In this document: positions 1 to 11,190 of the stretch, piece by piece
Layout: every line of letters starts with the position of its first letter
Position numbering within the stretch: position 1 is the stretch's first letter
Assembly: GCA_963790025.1 (NCBI GenBank)
Contig: CAWBMP010000004.1
Span: 1,184,001 to 1,248,000, forward strand
DNA from: Nitrospirota bacterium
GTDB taxonomy: Bacteria > Nitrospirota > Thermodesulfovibrionia > Thermodesulfovibrionales > Dissulfurispiraceae
DNA: 64,000 bases
Direction of reading: 5' to 3'
Notes under the pieces: model-generated
The model's input: the letters and a program-made list of their open reading frames with translations, nothing else
What the model was told of the DNA's origin: nothing
The model's database searches: none
Position numbers and translations under genes: made by a program

Positions 1-246
1 GGGGGAAATTGTCAAAAAAATGAAAGATCGTATTTTCGGATCTAATATTGAAGGTTCCTGTGACAAAATCGGAACAACAAAACTGTCCCTTCTCTCTGCC
101 ATGAAATACTTGCGCCGTTTCTTTCTATTGCCGCCAGGTTTGTTATTGAAACTGGCTTACGCTAGAAGCGGAGGATTCTCATTTTATTTTCACGGCCGTC
201 TTCACGATGCAAATAACTCCGGGGGAAATAAAAACCAATACTGATT

Positions 247-1077
247 ATGGAAGAAATGCTGAATTCGAATCGGGCCATCAAATATCCCAAACGTGACCGT
301 TTTGCTATTGAGGAGACACTTTTATTTATGTTGCGACTTGCATCATCAAATCATCACCCATTGCACAAGGGCGCAAGAATTTTGGATTTCGGCTGTGGTA
401 TAGGCGATAGCGTTAATTATTTAGTAGAAAAGGAATATGATGCATATGGTATCGATATAGGAGAATTTTGGGATTCTGATTTTGATACGTATTGGGAAGT
501 GAGAGAGAAACCCGATCCCGCTCTCTGTAAGAGACTATACAAGGTCGATATTAATAGCTATCGTATTCCTTTCCCCGATGAAACCTTTGATTTTGTATTC
601 AGCGATACTGTTTTTGAGCATGTTTTCGACTTTCAAACATCATTAAGAGAGATAAATCGCGTCCTAAAAAAAGGAGCTTTTTCTATACATATGTTTCCCG
701 GTACATTTACTCTTAAGGAAGGGCATACTTTTGTTCCCATTGTCCCTCTTTGCAGGAAGAAATGGTGGTTAACAATTTGGGCCCTCATGGGACGAAGGGC
801 TCCCTGGCAAAAAGGCCTCGACTGGAGAAAAGTGGTTGATCTTAACATCGAGGTCATGAAAAGTACAAACTATCTGTCGAGACGAGAAATAGTAAAAATA
901 GCAGATCGGGAAGGCATCAAAATTCGCTTTATTGGAGGTCCTATGCCCCTTAATCATCTAAGTGAGCGCTCCAGAAAGATTTATCATATATTAAATAAAT
1001 TTGGTCTTGGAGATTTTGCCACTCGCTTAGTTAGGCCATTCATTTCAGGAAGGCTTATGGCTTTCGAAAAAAGTTGA
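247..1077 (+). CDS. Class I SAM-dependent methyltransferase
   Basis: Motif I ILDFGCGIG, FPDETFDFV and RVLKKG motifs; located in a polysaccharide cluster. Confidence 0.85.
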   Translation: MEEMLNSNRAIKYPKRDRFAIEETLLFMLRLASSNHHPLHKGARILDFGCGIGDSVNYLVEKEYDAYGIDIGEFWDSDFDTYWEVREKPDPALCKRLYKVDINSYRIPFPDETFDFVFSDTVFEHVFDFQTSLREINRVLKKGAFSIHMFPGTFTLKEGHTFVPIVPLCRKKWWLTIWALMGRRAPWQKGLDWRKVVDLNIEVMKSTNYLSRREIVKIADREGIKIRFIGGPMPLNHLSERSRKIYHILNKFGLGDFATRLVRPFISGRLMAFEKS

Positions 1078-1081
1078 TACT

Positions 1082-1462
1082 AAGCGAATCTTACGAGCAT
1101 ATCTTAAGAATGGAGGAGAAATCGCTGTGTGGGTTTATGCCGCATATTATGAGGGAGTGCAGAGGATAAGCTCACTTCTCAGAAAAATCACAACTAAAAT
1201 GCCCGAAAGGCTGGTGTACTCGTTGTCCTCTGTTGTTATACCTCTATATCATATATGGCCACTACTCACGATAATGTTTCCTCTATTACGGTTCAGCACG
1301 CATAAGAAGCCAAAATGGAGGTGGCTTGATACCTTTGATCGGTATACGCCTCATTATGCATGGAAGCACACATACCCTGAAGTATTTAACTGGTTTAAAA
1401 AAGCGGGTCTTAATAATATAACCCTTCTGGAAAGCCCCGTATCGATGAGGGGAAGAAAGTAG
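1082..1462 (+). pseudogene. C-terminal fragment of a SAM methyltransferase
   Basis: Frame reads LKNGGEIAVWVY...WLDTFDRYTPHY...EVFNWFKKAGL; no motif I and no convincing start. Confidence 0.55.
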
Positions 1463-1463
1463 T

Positions 1464-3311
1464 ATGTGCGGAATTTTCGGAATTTATAGACCTGGCAGCC
1501 CGATCGGTGAGGCTTTGTTAGGTAGGGCGATTGCTTCGACTTCATACAGAGGACCTGACGCTCAGGGAATGTACATCAATGAAAGAAAAACCGTCGGGCT
1601 TGCACACAAAAGACTATCTATAATTGATCTTTCTGATGCGGGAAGGCAACCGATGAGCGACAGCGAAGGAAGACTCTGGATTACTTTTAATGGTGAAATC
1701 TATAATTTCATGGAATTGAGAGAGGGGTTGATCTCTTACGGACACCGTTTTTCCTCGTTGTGCGATACCGAAGTCCTCCTTTATGCATATAAGCAGTGGG
1801 GAATCGATTGCCTCAGGCATTTAAACGGCATGTTTGCGTTCGGCATCTATGATTCTGCCGGGCAAAAAATTTTCCTGGCCCGCGACCGGCTGGGGAAGAA
1901 GCCGCTCTTTTATTCCACTTACTCTGGCGGGATCATTTTTTCATCCGAGCTGAAGGAGATACTTGCAACCGGCTCTGTGCCTGTCGATGTCGACAACGAA
2001 GCGGTGAACTACTATTTCTCTCTAGGATATATCCCGGGTGAGAAATGCATTGTACAGCATGTGAAAAAGCTCCCTCCCGGCCACTTTCTCGAGTATGATT
2101 GTTCGAAAGGTACAGCACAGTTAGGGCAATACTGGGACGTGCCTGAGTTTGAAGCGACAAAAAAAGAAGAGGAAATGCTCGAAGAAATTGAGGCCCTTCT
2201 TTCAGACTCTGTAAAAAAACGTCTCATCAGTGATGTCCCCCTCGGCGCATTTCTGAGCGGTGGAATTGATTCGAGCCTTCTGGTCGCCCTGATGAGAAAG
2301 GCACATAATGGCGAGATCAAAACGTTCAGTGTCGGGTTCGAAGGAAGCCGCTGCAGTGAAGTTGGACACGCCCGGCTTGTGGCCCGGCATTTCGGGACCT
2401 CGCATCGGGAAATTACCGTCGTCCCAAACTTCCGCGACGATCTTGAGCTTATATCTGGTCTAATGGATGAGCCCATATTCGACAGCTCTCTTCTGCCCAC
2501 CTATCTTCTTTCAAAACATACAAAGCAACATGTAACAGTTGCTCTTTCTGGTGATGGAGGAGATGAAGTATTCGGCGGCTACATTCATTATGCGTCAGCA
2601 CTGGTTGCACAAAATATTGCCAAATTTGCCATATCCCCTTTCCGTAAAACGGCAAAACTTGTTGCATCATATATGCCTGATGGAATGTTCGGCAGGAACA
2701 CCCTGTATGGAATATACGCGGGTGACAAGGCATGTTTTTCCTACCCTACCCAAATATTTAAAGAAGACGAGAGAGGGCAACTCCTTCATAGGGATTTTGC
2801 CGGAATAGTTGATATGAAGGCGCCGCGAATATACCGGGAGGCCCTAATGGATAAAAACTACGATTTCGTCAGTCAGATGTGTTATGCGGACATTAAAACA
2901 TTACTGCCCGACGACATTCTTGTCAAGGTAGACAGGGCCAGTATGTTTAATAGCCTTGAAGTAAGATGCCCTCTTCTGGATTATCGCATCGCTGAATATG
3001 CCTTCAGGCATATTCCGGGCAATTTTAAAGTTAGGGGCGGCATTAAAAAATACCTCCTCAAGAAGCTTGCCCAAAAACTCCTTCCCCTGGAGCTTGAGCT
3101 TGAAAGAAAACAGGGCTTCGATATTCCAGGAGACCTCCTTCTAAAGACGCACCTTACCGAAAGGCTTATGAGCTTCCCTCGAAATGACTTCATTTCACAA
3201 TCTTTCCTGTCAAAACTGATTAATGCTCAAAAAAACCGAAAAGGATCTTCGTGGCATAAGCTGTTCGCCATTTATTTTTTTATAAGGTGGTTAGAGGTGT
3301 GGAAAAAATAA
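1464..3311 (+). CDS. asnB: Asparagine synthase (glutamine-hydrolysing) family amidotransferase
   Basis: N-terminal MCGI, RGPD, FNGEIYN, LSGGIDSS, SGDGGDEVFGGY. Confidence 0.95.
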   Translation: MCGIFGIYRPGSPIGEALLGRAIASTSYRGPDAQGMYINERKTVGLAHKRLSIIDLSDAGRQPMSDSEGRLWITFNGEIYNFMELREGLISYGHRFSSLCDTEVLLYAYKQWGIDCLRHLNGMFAFGIYDSAGQKIFLARDRLGKKPLFYSTYSGGIIFSSELKEILATGSVPVDVDNEAVNYYFSLGYIPGEKCIVQHVKKLPPGHFLEYDCSKGTAQLGQYWDVPEFEATKKEEEMLEEIEALLSDSVKKRLISDVPLGAFLSGGIDSSLLVALMRKAHNGEIKTFSVGFEGSRCSEVGHARLVARHFGTSHREITVVPNFRDDLELISGLMDEPIFDSSLLPTYLLSKHTKQHVTVALSGDGGDEVFGGYIHYASALVAQNIAKFAISPFRKTAKLVASYMPDGMFGRNTLYGIYAGDKACFSYPTQIFKEDERGQLLHRDFAGIVDMKAPRIYREALMDKNYDFVSQMCYADIKTLLPDDILVKVDRASMFNSLEVRCPLLDYRIAEYAFRHIPGNFKVRGGIKKYLLKKLAQKLLPLELELERKQGFDIPGDLLLKTHLTERLMSFPRNDFISQSFLSKLINAQKNRKGSSWHKLFAIYFFIRWLEVWKK

Positions 3312-4414
3312 GGATTCTTGCTGTAATAGACCATCTGGGCAAAGGGGGGGCTGAAAGACAGTTTCTAAATCTTATTAATAACCTGGACATAGGGAGATTT
3401 GAACCACACATCTTTATCGCAGAAAGGGCCGGGGAGCGGTTTTCTGAATTATGTCCGCATATACAGACTCACGGCCTTTTGCGTTCACATAAACGCAAGA
3501 CTTTTAATGCCATAAAACTGCTCAGGGAAACTATAATTGATATCAAGCCATCTATTATTCAAACCTGGCTTGACTATTCAACATTTGTTACAGCAATAGC
3601 TCTAAAGACTATTTCTGTAAAGACAATATTTGTTGCATCCCACCGCACGAGCATAGAGGAGTTATATAATACTGAAGTGAAGTTCGGCAGAATAAAAAAG
3701 ACCCTGCTTATTCGGGCATACAGACAAGCGCAAAGAGTAACGACAAATTCAAAAATTCTAGTAGAACAGCTAAATCATTACGGCATTACAAAAAACAAAC
3801 TGATTTATAATGGCATAGATTTAAAGAATTACAAAAACCTGCCGTCCCGCGACGAACTGCGCAAGAAGTTAGGTCTGCCGACTGATACTTTTTATATTTC
3901 TTTTGTTGGGGCACTGGTTGAAAGAAAAGGCATACGATATTTTATAAAGGCGATAAAAAACACAAACAAAAATAATATGAAAGCACTTATAATCGGTGAT
4001 GGCGAGTTGCGGGACACAGTCAATACCATCACGAAGGAAGATTCCAGGTTTGTCTTACTGGGATTTCAGCCGAATGCAATCGAGTATATCAAAGCGTCGG
4101 ACCTTTTGGTCCTTCCCTCGCTCTATGAGGGATTGCCCAACGTAGTTATTGAAGCCATGGCGGTCGGCACGCCTGTAATCGCTACAAATGTTTATGGGAT
4201 GCCCGAACTCATCGAAGATGGCATAAACGGAACATTAGTGTCTGTTAAAGATAGCAAAAGTATCACATCCGCCATTGAATTTATCGAGGGGAATCCTGCT
4301 GTAGCGGCAAGATTTGTCGAGTCATCAGGGAGGAAAGCCGAGTTTTTCAATGTTGACCGGATGGTGAAAGAATATGAAACGCTATATTCAGAACTGTACG
4401 AAGATAATTTATAA
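3287..4414 (+). CDS. Glycosyltransferase family 4
   Basis: GGAE motif; PSLYEGLPNVVIEAMAVG. Confidence 0.9.
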   Translation: MVRGVEKIRILAVIDHLGKGGAERQFLNLINNLDIGRFEPHIFIAERAGERFSELCPHIQTHGLLRSHKRKTFNAIKLLRETIIDIKPSIIQTWLDYSTFVTAIALKTISVKTIFVASHRTSIEELYNTEVKFGRIKKTLLIRAYRQAQRVTTNSKILVEQLNHYGITKNKLIYNGIDLKNYKNLPSRDELRKKLGLPTDTFYISFVGALVERKGIRYFIKAIKNTNKNNMKALIIGDGELRDTVNTITKEDSRFVLLGFQPNAIEYIKASDLLVLPSLYEGLPNVVIEAMAVGTPVIATNVYGMPELIEDGINGTLVSVKDSKSITSAIEFIEGNPAVAARFVESSGRKAEFFNVDRMVKEYETLYSELYEDNL

Positions 4415-4485
4415 TTGAAAATCCTTCATTTCAAGTTCTTGAGCAATTTGTTTAAGCAGGTAATCTGCAGATTAAGGAGGCGACA

Positions 4486-5508
4486 TTGGGAAAGAGGGCT
4501 TTAATTACAGGCATCACCGGTCAGGACGGCGCATATCTTTCAAAGCTGTTACTGGACAAGGGCTATGAAGTATACGGCGCATTCAGGCGTACGTCCGATC
4601 TGCATCTGAACCGTATAAAGTTTCTCGGCGTCGAAAACGACATACAATTTGTTCCGCTCGAACTACTTGAGTTTACCAATATCTACAGGACACTCGAAAC
4701 CATCAGGCCCGATGAAGTTTATAATCTTGGTGCGCAGAGTTTTGTGGGACTTTCCTTTGAACAGCCTGTTTTTACAGCCGATGTCACAGGTCTTGGCGTG
4801 CTCAGGATGCTGGAGGCCGTACGCGCCGTCAATCCGCAAATACGGTTTTATCAGGCATCCAGCAGCGAAATGTTCGGCAAATCAAGAGAGTTTCCCCAGA
4901 ATGAACAAACCCCCTTTCACCCCCGGAGCCCTTATGCGGTATCGAAATTGTTCGGGCACTGGATAGCTGTAAATTACTGTGAATCTTATGGAATGTTCGT
5001 CTGTTCCGGCATTCTTTTTAACCATGAATCTCCTCTCCGGGGACTTGAGTTTGTCACGAGAAAAATAACTCATGCTGTAGCAAGGATAAAACTGGGACTT
5101 CAGGAAAAGCTTTCTCTCGGCAATCTTGATTCTAGGCGTGACTGGGGATATGCGCCTGAATACGTTGAAGCAATGTGGCTAATGCTTCAGCAACCCGGAC
5201 CGGACAATTATGTCATTGCAACAGGTGAAACGCACAGCGTGCGGGAGTTTGCGGAGACGGCTTTCATGGAGACCGGGACCGAAATAGAGTGGACCGGAAA
5301 CGGGATTGCAGAAAAGGGTATGGATAAGGCTACGGGAAAGCCTCTTGTTGAAATAGACCCGCAATTCTTCAGACCCGCGGAAGTGGATGTCCTGACAGGA
5401 GATTTTTCCACGGCAAAGGTAAAACTAGGATGGGAGCCGAGGACCACATTTAATAAACTCGTCAGGATCATGGTGCAGCATGACATGAGTATCGCAGAAA
5501 TAGGATAA
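4486..5508 (+). CDS. gmd: GDP-mannose 4,6-dehydratase
   Basis: ALITGITGQDGAYL, YQASSSEMFG, PRSPYAVSK, FNHESP; RBS AAGGAGG before a TTG start. Confidence 0.97.
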   Translation: MGKRALITGITGQDGAYLSKLLLDKGYEVYGAFRRTSDLHLNRIKFLGVENDIQFVPLELLEFTNIYRTLETIRPDEVYNLGAQSFVGLSFEQPVFTADVTGLGVLRMLEAVRAVNPQIRFYQASSSEMFGKSREFPQNEQTPFHPRSPYAVSKLFGHWIAVNYCESYGMFVCSGILFNHESPLRGLEFVTRKITHAVARIKLGLQEKLSLGNLDSRRDWGYAPEYVEAMWLMLQQPGPDNYVIATGETHSVREFAETAFMETGTEIEWTGNGIAEKGMDKATGKPLVEIDPQFFRPAEVDVLTGDFSTAKVKLGWEPRTTFNKLVRIMVQHDMSIAEIG

Positions 5509-5526
5509 ATAACGCACATTTTTTTT

Positions 5527-6624
5527 ATGAAAATACTCCATCTCATCTACGATCATATGCGCAATCCCTGGGTCGGCGGCGGGGGCGCGGTAAGGGTTTA
5601 CAAGATATGCAAAAGGCTTGCCAGGCAGGGTCATGAAGTTACCATTTTCAGCGGAAACTATCCGGGAGCCGAGAACTATACTGAAGACGGGCTCCGGTTC
5701 TTTTTTGCAGGTAACAGCAAGAACTATGTCTTAAGCACCTTTTCATATGCATGGGAAGCCGCCTCACTGGTAAGAAAACAGGGACGCGATTACGACATTA
5801 TTGTTGAGGACTTTGCCCCGTGGAATCCCGTTTTCTCAACTTTCATGACAAAAAAGCCGGTTGTGCTTCATATCAATCATCGTGAAGGCATCAATATTCT
5901 CGGAAGGTGGTGGATCGCGGGATTGCCGTTTTTTTTGATCGAAAAATTCTATCCGTTGTTTTTCCGTCATGTAACAGCCCTTTCGGAGGAGACGAGAAAA
6001 AAAATCGGTATCGCCGGTGCAATGATAGTCCCGGCAGGCATCGACGGAGACTTTTTCAAAGACAACGACATGGTGAACAGCCCTGACAGGGAGTCACAGA
6101 CCTCCTTTCTCCTTTACTTAGGCAGGCTCCATATCAGGAACAAGGGGCTTGATACGCTCCTATGTGCCATGAAAGGTCTCGACTCTGAACTGCTTGTATC
6201 CGGCAGGGGCAAGGATGAGGATAGCCTGAAGCGAATGGCAAAAAAGCTTGGTCTTCAGAATGTCGGTTTTACCGGTTTTGTCGGAGAAGGAGAAAAAATA
6301 CATCTGTTGCGAAAAGCGCTGGCACTGGTTTTGCCATCCCGATTCGAGGGTTGGGGCCTGGTGGTCCTTGAGGCCGCTGCATGCGGCAAGCCTGTTATAG
6401 TAAGCGATATACCGGAGTTGCGGTATGCCGTGGATGCGGGGTACGGGATATCTTTCAAGACAGGCGACCCTGAAGATCTTGCCCGGAAGATAAGATTTCT
6501 TATAGACCACGAATCACTGAGAAGTGAGATGGGACGGAAGGCCCGCGAATATGCCAGGAACTACACATGGGACAAGATAGCTCTCGATGTTGAACAGTAT
6601 CTGTTAAAATTCACGACGCCTTAG
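5527..6624 (+). CDS. Glycosyltransferase family 4
   Basis: PSRFEGWGLVVLEAAACGKP. Confidence 0.9.
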   Translation: MKILHLIYDHMRNPWVGGGGAVRVYKICKRLARQGHEVTIFSGNYPGAENYTEDGLRFFFAGNSKNYVLSTFSYAWEAASLVRKQGRDYDIIVEDFAPWNPVFSTFMTKKPVVLHINHREGINILGRWWIAGLPFFLIEKFYPLFFRHVTALSEETRKKIGIAGAMIVPAGIDGDFFKDNDMVNSPDRESQTSFLLYLGRLHIRNKGLDTLLCAMKGLDSELLVSGRGKDEDSLKRMAKKLGLQNVGFTGFVGEGEKIHLLRKALALVLPSRFEGWGLVVLEAAACGKPVIVSDIPELRYAVDAGYGISFKTGDPEDLARKIRFLIDHESLRSEMGRKAREYARNYTWDKIALDVEQYLLKFTTP

Positions 6625-6717
6625 CCTTTAGCCTTATGCTTTATGCTATACTAACCGGCAGTATAGAAAGCGCCGGACTTCCAGGCCGTGTAAAATAACT
6701 TTGCGGGAGAGAGTTAC

Positions 6718-9006
6718 GTGAAAGATGCTCAACTGAGTTTCGGACTAAGGTCTTTGATAAAGCATACTTGTCTGATTTTAACTCTTATTTTAGTGTTCTG
6801 CCATGCGTTCCCCGGACCGTCCTATTCAGATGAACCTGTCGTTACAGCCATAGAAGTAAAGGGCGTAAAACGTATTGAAGAGGGTTCGGTAAAAGCAAAA
6901 ATATCCCAGAAAATCAGTGAACCTCTGTCTAATGAAAAAACATCAGAGGATATAAAAGCCATTTATAAAATGGGCTACTTCGATGATGTGAAAGTTGATA
7001 TAGAGCCATTTGAGGGCGGCCTGAAGGTGACCTATGTGGTTAAAGAGAAGCCGACTATCATCAAGATAGACTTCCAGGGGAATACGGAATTCAAGGATGA
7101 TAAGCTGAAGGAAAAGATTACACTTACCGCCGGGGCAATATCCGACATAACACTTGTCAACGAGAACGCGCTTAAACTAAGGTATTTTTACGAGGATGAG
7201 GGTTACTATTTGGCCCACATTGTCCCTGTTTTAAGAAAGGCCGGTGCAGGAGAAGTGGCGCTGACCTACCAGATCGATGAGGGGCAAAAGGTCAAGATCA
7301 AAGAGATCAGGATCGAAGGCAATAAGGTCCTTTCGTCCGGAAAAATCAAAGGGGCAATGAAGACTAAAGAGAGAGGGATATTGTCCTTTATCCTTGGCAC
7401 CGGATACTACAAAAAAGAAGAGATGAGGGCAGATATAGAACGCATAAGAGACCTTTATTATAACAACGGCTATATTAAGGTCACTGTCGCCGAGCCGGTT
7501 TTACAAGTCACTGATGACAAAAAAGGGATGAAAATTTTCATACGTGTTTCCGAAGGAGATCAGTTCAAAGTGTCTTCTGTCGAAATTGAAGGCAACAAGG
7601 TATACAAGGAAGCTGAATTGAGAAAGCTGATCAACCTCGCCCCTAATAAAGTATTCGATAAATCCGTGCTTACAAAAGATGTAACAGCGCTAAACGACAA
7701 ATACGCGAACACCGGCTATGCGCTTGTTTCGGCATTCCCCGATCTTATTCCTGATGAGGAAAAGAAAACAGTAAGAGTTATTTATAGAATTAACGAGGGC
7801 GACAAATACACAGTCGGTAAAATCTCCATATCAGGCAACACCAAAACGAGAGACAAAGTAATACGCAGAGAAATCAAACTTGATGAGGGCGATACATTCG
7901 ATGCCTCTGCTTTGAAAAGAAGCTATGAACGTCTGAATAACCTCCAGTTTTTCGAAACGGTCGACATGTCTCCAAAACCGCGGCATGATGAGAAAATAGT
8001 AGACCTTGACGTAAATGTAAAAGAGAAATCGACCAGCTCTTTGAGCGTTGGCGGAGGTTACAGCTCTATTGACGGGCCTGTTGCCACGGCCAGTGTTACA
8101 ACAGGCAACCTGTTCGGCAGGGGGCAATATTTGAAACTGATGGGAGAACTTGGCGGCTCAAGTTCTTTTTATGAACTCTCTTTCAGGGAGCCGTGGTTTC
8201 TGGATAAACCCCTGGCATTGGGCGTTAGCCTTTATAAAACTTACCGCCAGTATGGAGATTACGACGCCAAAATCACCGGCGGTAGTGTGTTTTTGACCAA
8301 AAGCTTCTGGGAATACTGGGCAGCGTCAATAGCATACACTTTGGAGCAGGCAAACATTTACGACATCCAGTCGGATGCCTCATCTATCGTAACAGATCAG
8401 GCGGGGGTGCGCTTGACCAGCTCCATCAGCCCTTCACTAGTGAGGGACACCAGGGACAACTATTTAGACCCTTCAAAGGGCTCCCGTAATTCAATCGGCG
8501 TCACATTTGCCGGGTTAGGAGGAGACAATAAATTCTTAAAGGGACTTGCCGACTCTGCCTGGTATTTTCCCGTTGTCGGTCCTACAACTTTCATGGTAAG
8601 GGGCAGAATAGGATTAGCAACAGGTATGTTCGGCAAAGAACTGCCCTTATACCAGCGGTTTTATATCGGAGATATTAATACCGTCCGCGGCATCAACTAT
8701 GGGGATGCGGGCCCAAAGGATGTTAACGGGCAGCCGATCGGAGGCTTAAAAGAACTTATATTCAATAGCGAGTATATTTTCCCTATTGTCGCTGAATATA
8801 AGTTCAAAGGGGTTGTCTTTTTCGATGCGGGCAGGGCATATGATACAGGTGAAACTTTAGGCAGTGATCTCAGGTACACTACCGGTGCCGGTATTAGATG
8901 GATTTCTCCCATGGGTCCGATAAGGGTCGAGTGGGGCTATAATCTTAACAAGAAGCCTGGTGAGGCATCAAGCAAGGTTGGATTTACATTTGGTTCGTCT
9001 TTTTAA
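6718..9006 (+). CDS. bamA: Outer membrane protein assembly factor BamA
   Basis: POTRA repeats, GNTKTRDKVIRRE, VRG motif, RWISPMGP, C-terminal F. Confidence 0.97.
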   Translation: MKDAQLSFGLRSLIKHTCLILTLILVFCHAFPGPSYSDEPVVTAIEVKGVKRIEEGSVKAKISQKISEPLSNEKTSEDIKAIYKMGYFDDVKVDIEPFEGGLKVTYVVKEKPTIIKIDFQGNTEFKDDKLKEKITLTAGAISDITLVNENALKLRYFYEDEGYYLAHIVPVLRKAGAGEVALTYQIDEGQKVKIKEIRIEGNKVLSSGKIKGAMKTKERGILSFILGTGYYKKEEMRADIERIRDLYYNNGYIKVTVAEPVLQVTDDKKGMKIFIRVSEGDQFKVSSVEIEGNKVYKEAELRKLINLAPNKVFDKSVLTKDVTALNDKYANTGYALVSAFPDLIPDEEKKTVRVIYRINEGDKYTVGKISISGNTKTRDKVIRREIKLDEGDTFDASALKRSYERLNNLQFFETVDMSPKPRHDEKIVDLDVNVKEKSTSSLSVGGGYSSIDGPVATASVTTGNLFGRGQYLKLMGELGGSSSFYELSFREPWFLDKPLALGVSLYKTYRQYGDYDAKITGGSVFLTKSFWEYWAASIAYTLEQANIYDIQSDASSIVTDQAGVRLTSSISPSLVRDTRDNYLDPSKGSRNSIGVTFAGLGGDNKFLKGLADSAWYFPVVGPTTFMVRGRIGLATGMFGKELPLYQRFYIGDINTVRGINYGDAGPKDVNGQPIGGLKELIFNSEYIFPIVAEYKFKGVVFFDAGRAYDTGETLGSDLRYTTGAGIRWISPMGPIRVEWGYNLNKKPGEASSKVGFTFGSSF

Positions 9007-9072
9007 ATAAAAAATCGGCTAAGGGCTAAAGGCCACCACTAGCCTTTCGCCTTAATACATTTGGAGGGGTAG

Positions 9073-9615
9073 ATGAGAAAAATTCTTTCAGTAATGATTG
9101 TTGGATTTGTGATACTTGTCAGCGGTTCACTGTCTACCGTTCATGCGGCCGAATTGAAAATAGGTTTTTGCGACATGGACAGAGCTGCAAACGAGTCCGA
9201 AGAGGGTAAAAAAGCGGTGCTCGGACTAAAGAATTTTATGTCTTCAAGGCAGACCTCACTGCAGGAAAAAGGCAAGGCAATCGATAAGATGAAAAGCGAT
9301 CTTGACAAACAGGGAGCCATCATGTCTCCTGACGCTAAGAAATCAAAAATGGAAGAATTAGAGCGTTCGGAAAGAGAATTCCAGAGGATGGTGTCCGATG
9401 CTAATTTAGAGTTTGAGAAAAAAAGGAGAGAGTTGACGGAATCTGTATATAAAGAAATAGTTGAAATAGTCGATAAATACGGACTGGAGCAGAAATACTC
9501 CGTTATTCTGCCGATTCAATCGTTGCTTTATGCAGATAAGCCTCTTGATATTACTGAAATTATCATCCAGAAATATAACGAAAAGAAGGGCGTGAAACCG
9601 ACTCCTGCGAAGTAG
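9073..9615 (+). CDS. skp: OmpH/Skp periplasmic chaperone
   Basis: Signal peptide, KIGFCD, DITEIII; lies between bamA and lpxD. Confidence 0.9.
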   Translation: MRKILSVMIVGFVILVSGSLSTVHAAELKIGFCDMDRAANESEEGKKAVLGLKNFMSSRQTSLQEKGKAIDKMKSDLDKQGAIMSPDAKKSKMEELERSEREFQRMVSDANLEFEKKRRELTESVYKEIVEIVDKYGLEQKYSVILPIQSLLYADKPLDITEIIIQKYNEKKGVKPTPAK

Positions 9616-9656
9616 GCGTTCTTCGCCGGGATTCGGAAGCAGTGCATTGAGAAAAA

Positions 9657-10673
9657 ATGAAATTACGAGAGCTTGCCGAACTGCTTGATGGGGAGGTCCA
9701 GGGTGACGGGGAAATTGAAATAACTGGCGCCGCAGGTATTTCCGATGCCCGGGCGGGAGATATTACTTTCCTTTCAGTCATGAAACTAAGGAAAGAGCTT
9801 GGGGAAAGCTGTGCAGCAGCCGTGCTGGTTAAGGACTTTGACCACGAAATAGGGAAGCCGCAGGTAAAGACAAAAAATCCGCACTATGCCTTCGCAAAGC
9901 TTCTCAGCCATTTTTACGGCAAGCGCATACAATATAGAGGTATCAGTAAAAATGCGTTTGTCTCGGAAGACGCCGAAATTGCCCGGAATGTGACTATTTA
10001 TGATTTCGCCTATATTTCCGGCAGAGTAAAAATCGGCCCGGGGACAGTAATTTTTCCCGGAGTATTTATAGGTGAAGAATGCAGTATGGGCGAGGACTGC
10101 ACCATCTATCCAAACGTTAATATAATGGATAAAACCCTTATAGGCAACAGGGTGATCATTCATCCCAATGCTGTTATAGGCTCCGACGGATTTGGCTACG
10201 TTTTTGAGGAAGGAAGACATAACAAGATACCCCAGGTCGGCAATGTCCGCATAGAAGATGACGTAGAGATCGGCGCTGGAGTCGCTATTGACAGGGCAAC
10301 GACCGGCTCTACTGTTATAGGGAAAGGGACCAAGATTGACAACCTCGTGCAGATCGGGCATAACGTGCAAGTCGGCAGCAATGCTATATTAGTGGCCCAG
10401 ATTGGAATAGGAGGGAGTTCCCTCATAGGCGATGGCGTTGTACTGGGGGGACAGGTAGGGGTTGCAGATCATGCAGTCATTGAAGCGGGAACAATGGTAG
10501 CTGCGAGATCTGGTGTTATGGGGGAGGTCAAACGCGGCGTCTATGCAGGAGTGCCCATGATACCGCATAAGGAGTGGCTTAAGGCCTCAGCACTGTTTGC
10601 CAGGTTACCGGAGCTGAAAAAAAGAATCGAAGAACTTGAAAAAAAGCTGGCCCATTTGAAAGAAAGTAAATAG
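9657..10673 (+). CDS. lpxD: UDP-3-O-acylglucosamine N-acyltransferase
   Basis: [25 protein letters not shown], hexapeptide repeats. Confidence 0.97.
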   Translation: MKLRELAELLDGEVQGDGEIEITGAAGISDARAGDITFLSVMKLRKELGESCAAAVLVKDFDHEIGKPQVKTKNPHYAFAKLLSHFYGKRIQYRGISKNAFVSEDAEIARNVTIYDFAYISGRVKIGPGTVIFPGVFIGEECSMGEDCTIYPNVNIMDKTLIGNRVIIHPNAVIGSDGFGYVFEEGRHNKIPQVGNVRIEDDVEIGAGVAIDRATTGSTVIGKGTKIDNLVQIGHNVQVGSNAILVAQIGIGGSSLIGDGVVLGGQVGVADHAVIEAGTMVAARSGVMGEVKRGVYAGVPMIPHKEWLKASALFARLPELKKRIEELEKKLAHLKESK

Positions 10674-10750
10674 TGTCAGTGATTGGTGCCAGTTAAGTCC
10701 CCTATTTTACTGATACTCAAAACTGACATTGACACTGAAATGGAGGAGAA

Positions 10751-11182
10751 ATGATTGACATTAAGGAAATTTTATCTATTCTTCCGCATCGCTATCCTTT
10801 TTTGATGGTTGACAGTGTAATAGAACTTGACCCCGATGTCAAGGCAGTCGGGATAAAAAACGTTACAATAAACGAGCCCTGCTTCCAGGGACATTTCCCC
10901 AATAATCCTGTAATGCCCGGCGTGCTCATTGTTGAGGCAATGGCGCAGGTGGCCGGCATACTTGCCTTCAGATCAGGCATACAGGGAAAGACAGTATATT
11001 TTATGAGTATGGAGAAGGTTAAGTTCAGGAAGATTGTTATGCCGGGCGACCAACTCAGGCTTGAAGTCCATGTCACGCACAAAAGAGGCAATGTCTGGAA
11101 ATTTTCAGGCAACGCGTTTGTCGGAGACAAGTTGTCAGCAGAGGCCGAGTTTACCGCCATGGTTTCCGATAAAGATATTTAG
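10751..11182 (+). CDS. fabZ: 3-hydroxyacyl-ACP dehydratase
   Basis: LPHRYPFLMVD, GHFP, MPGVLIVEAMAQ. Confidence 0.98.
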   Translation: MIDIKEILSILPHRYPFLMVDSVIELDPDVKAVGIKNVTINEPCFQGHFPNNPVMPGVLIVEAMAQVAGILAFRSGIQGKTVYFMSMEKVKFRKIVMPGDQLRLEVHVTHKRGNVWKFSGNAFVGDKLSAEAEFTAMVSDKDI

Positions 11183-11190
11183 GAGGATTA

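Noticed and set aside
20..244. Real 74-aa gene
   Set aside because: No recognisable family; possibly a decayed methyltransferase N-terminus, but this cannot be supported.
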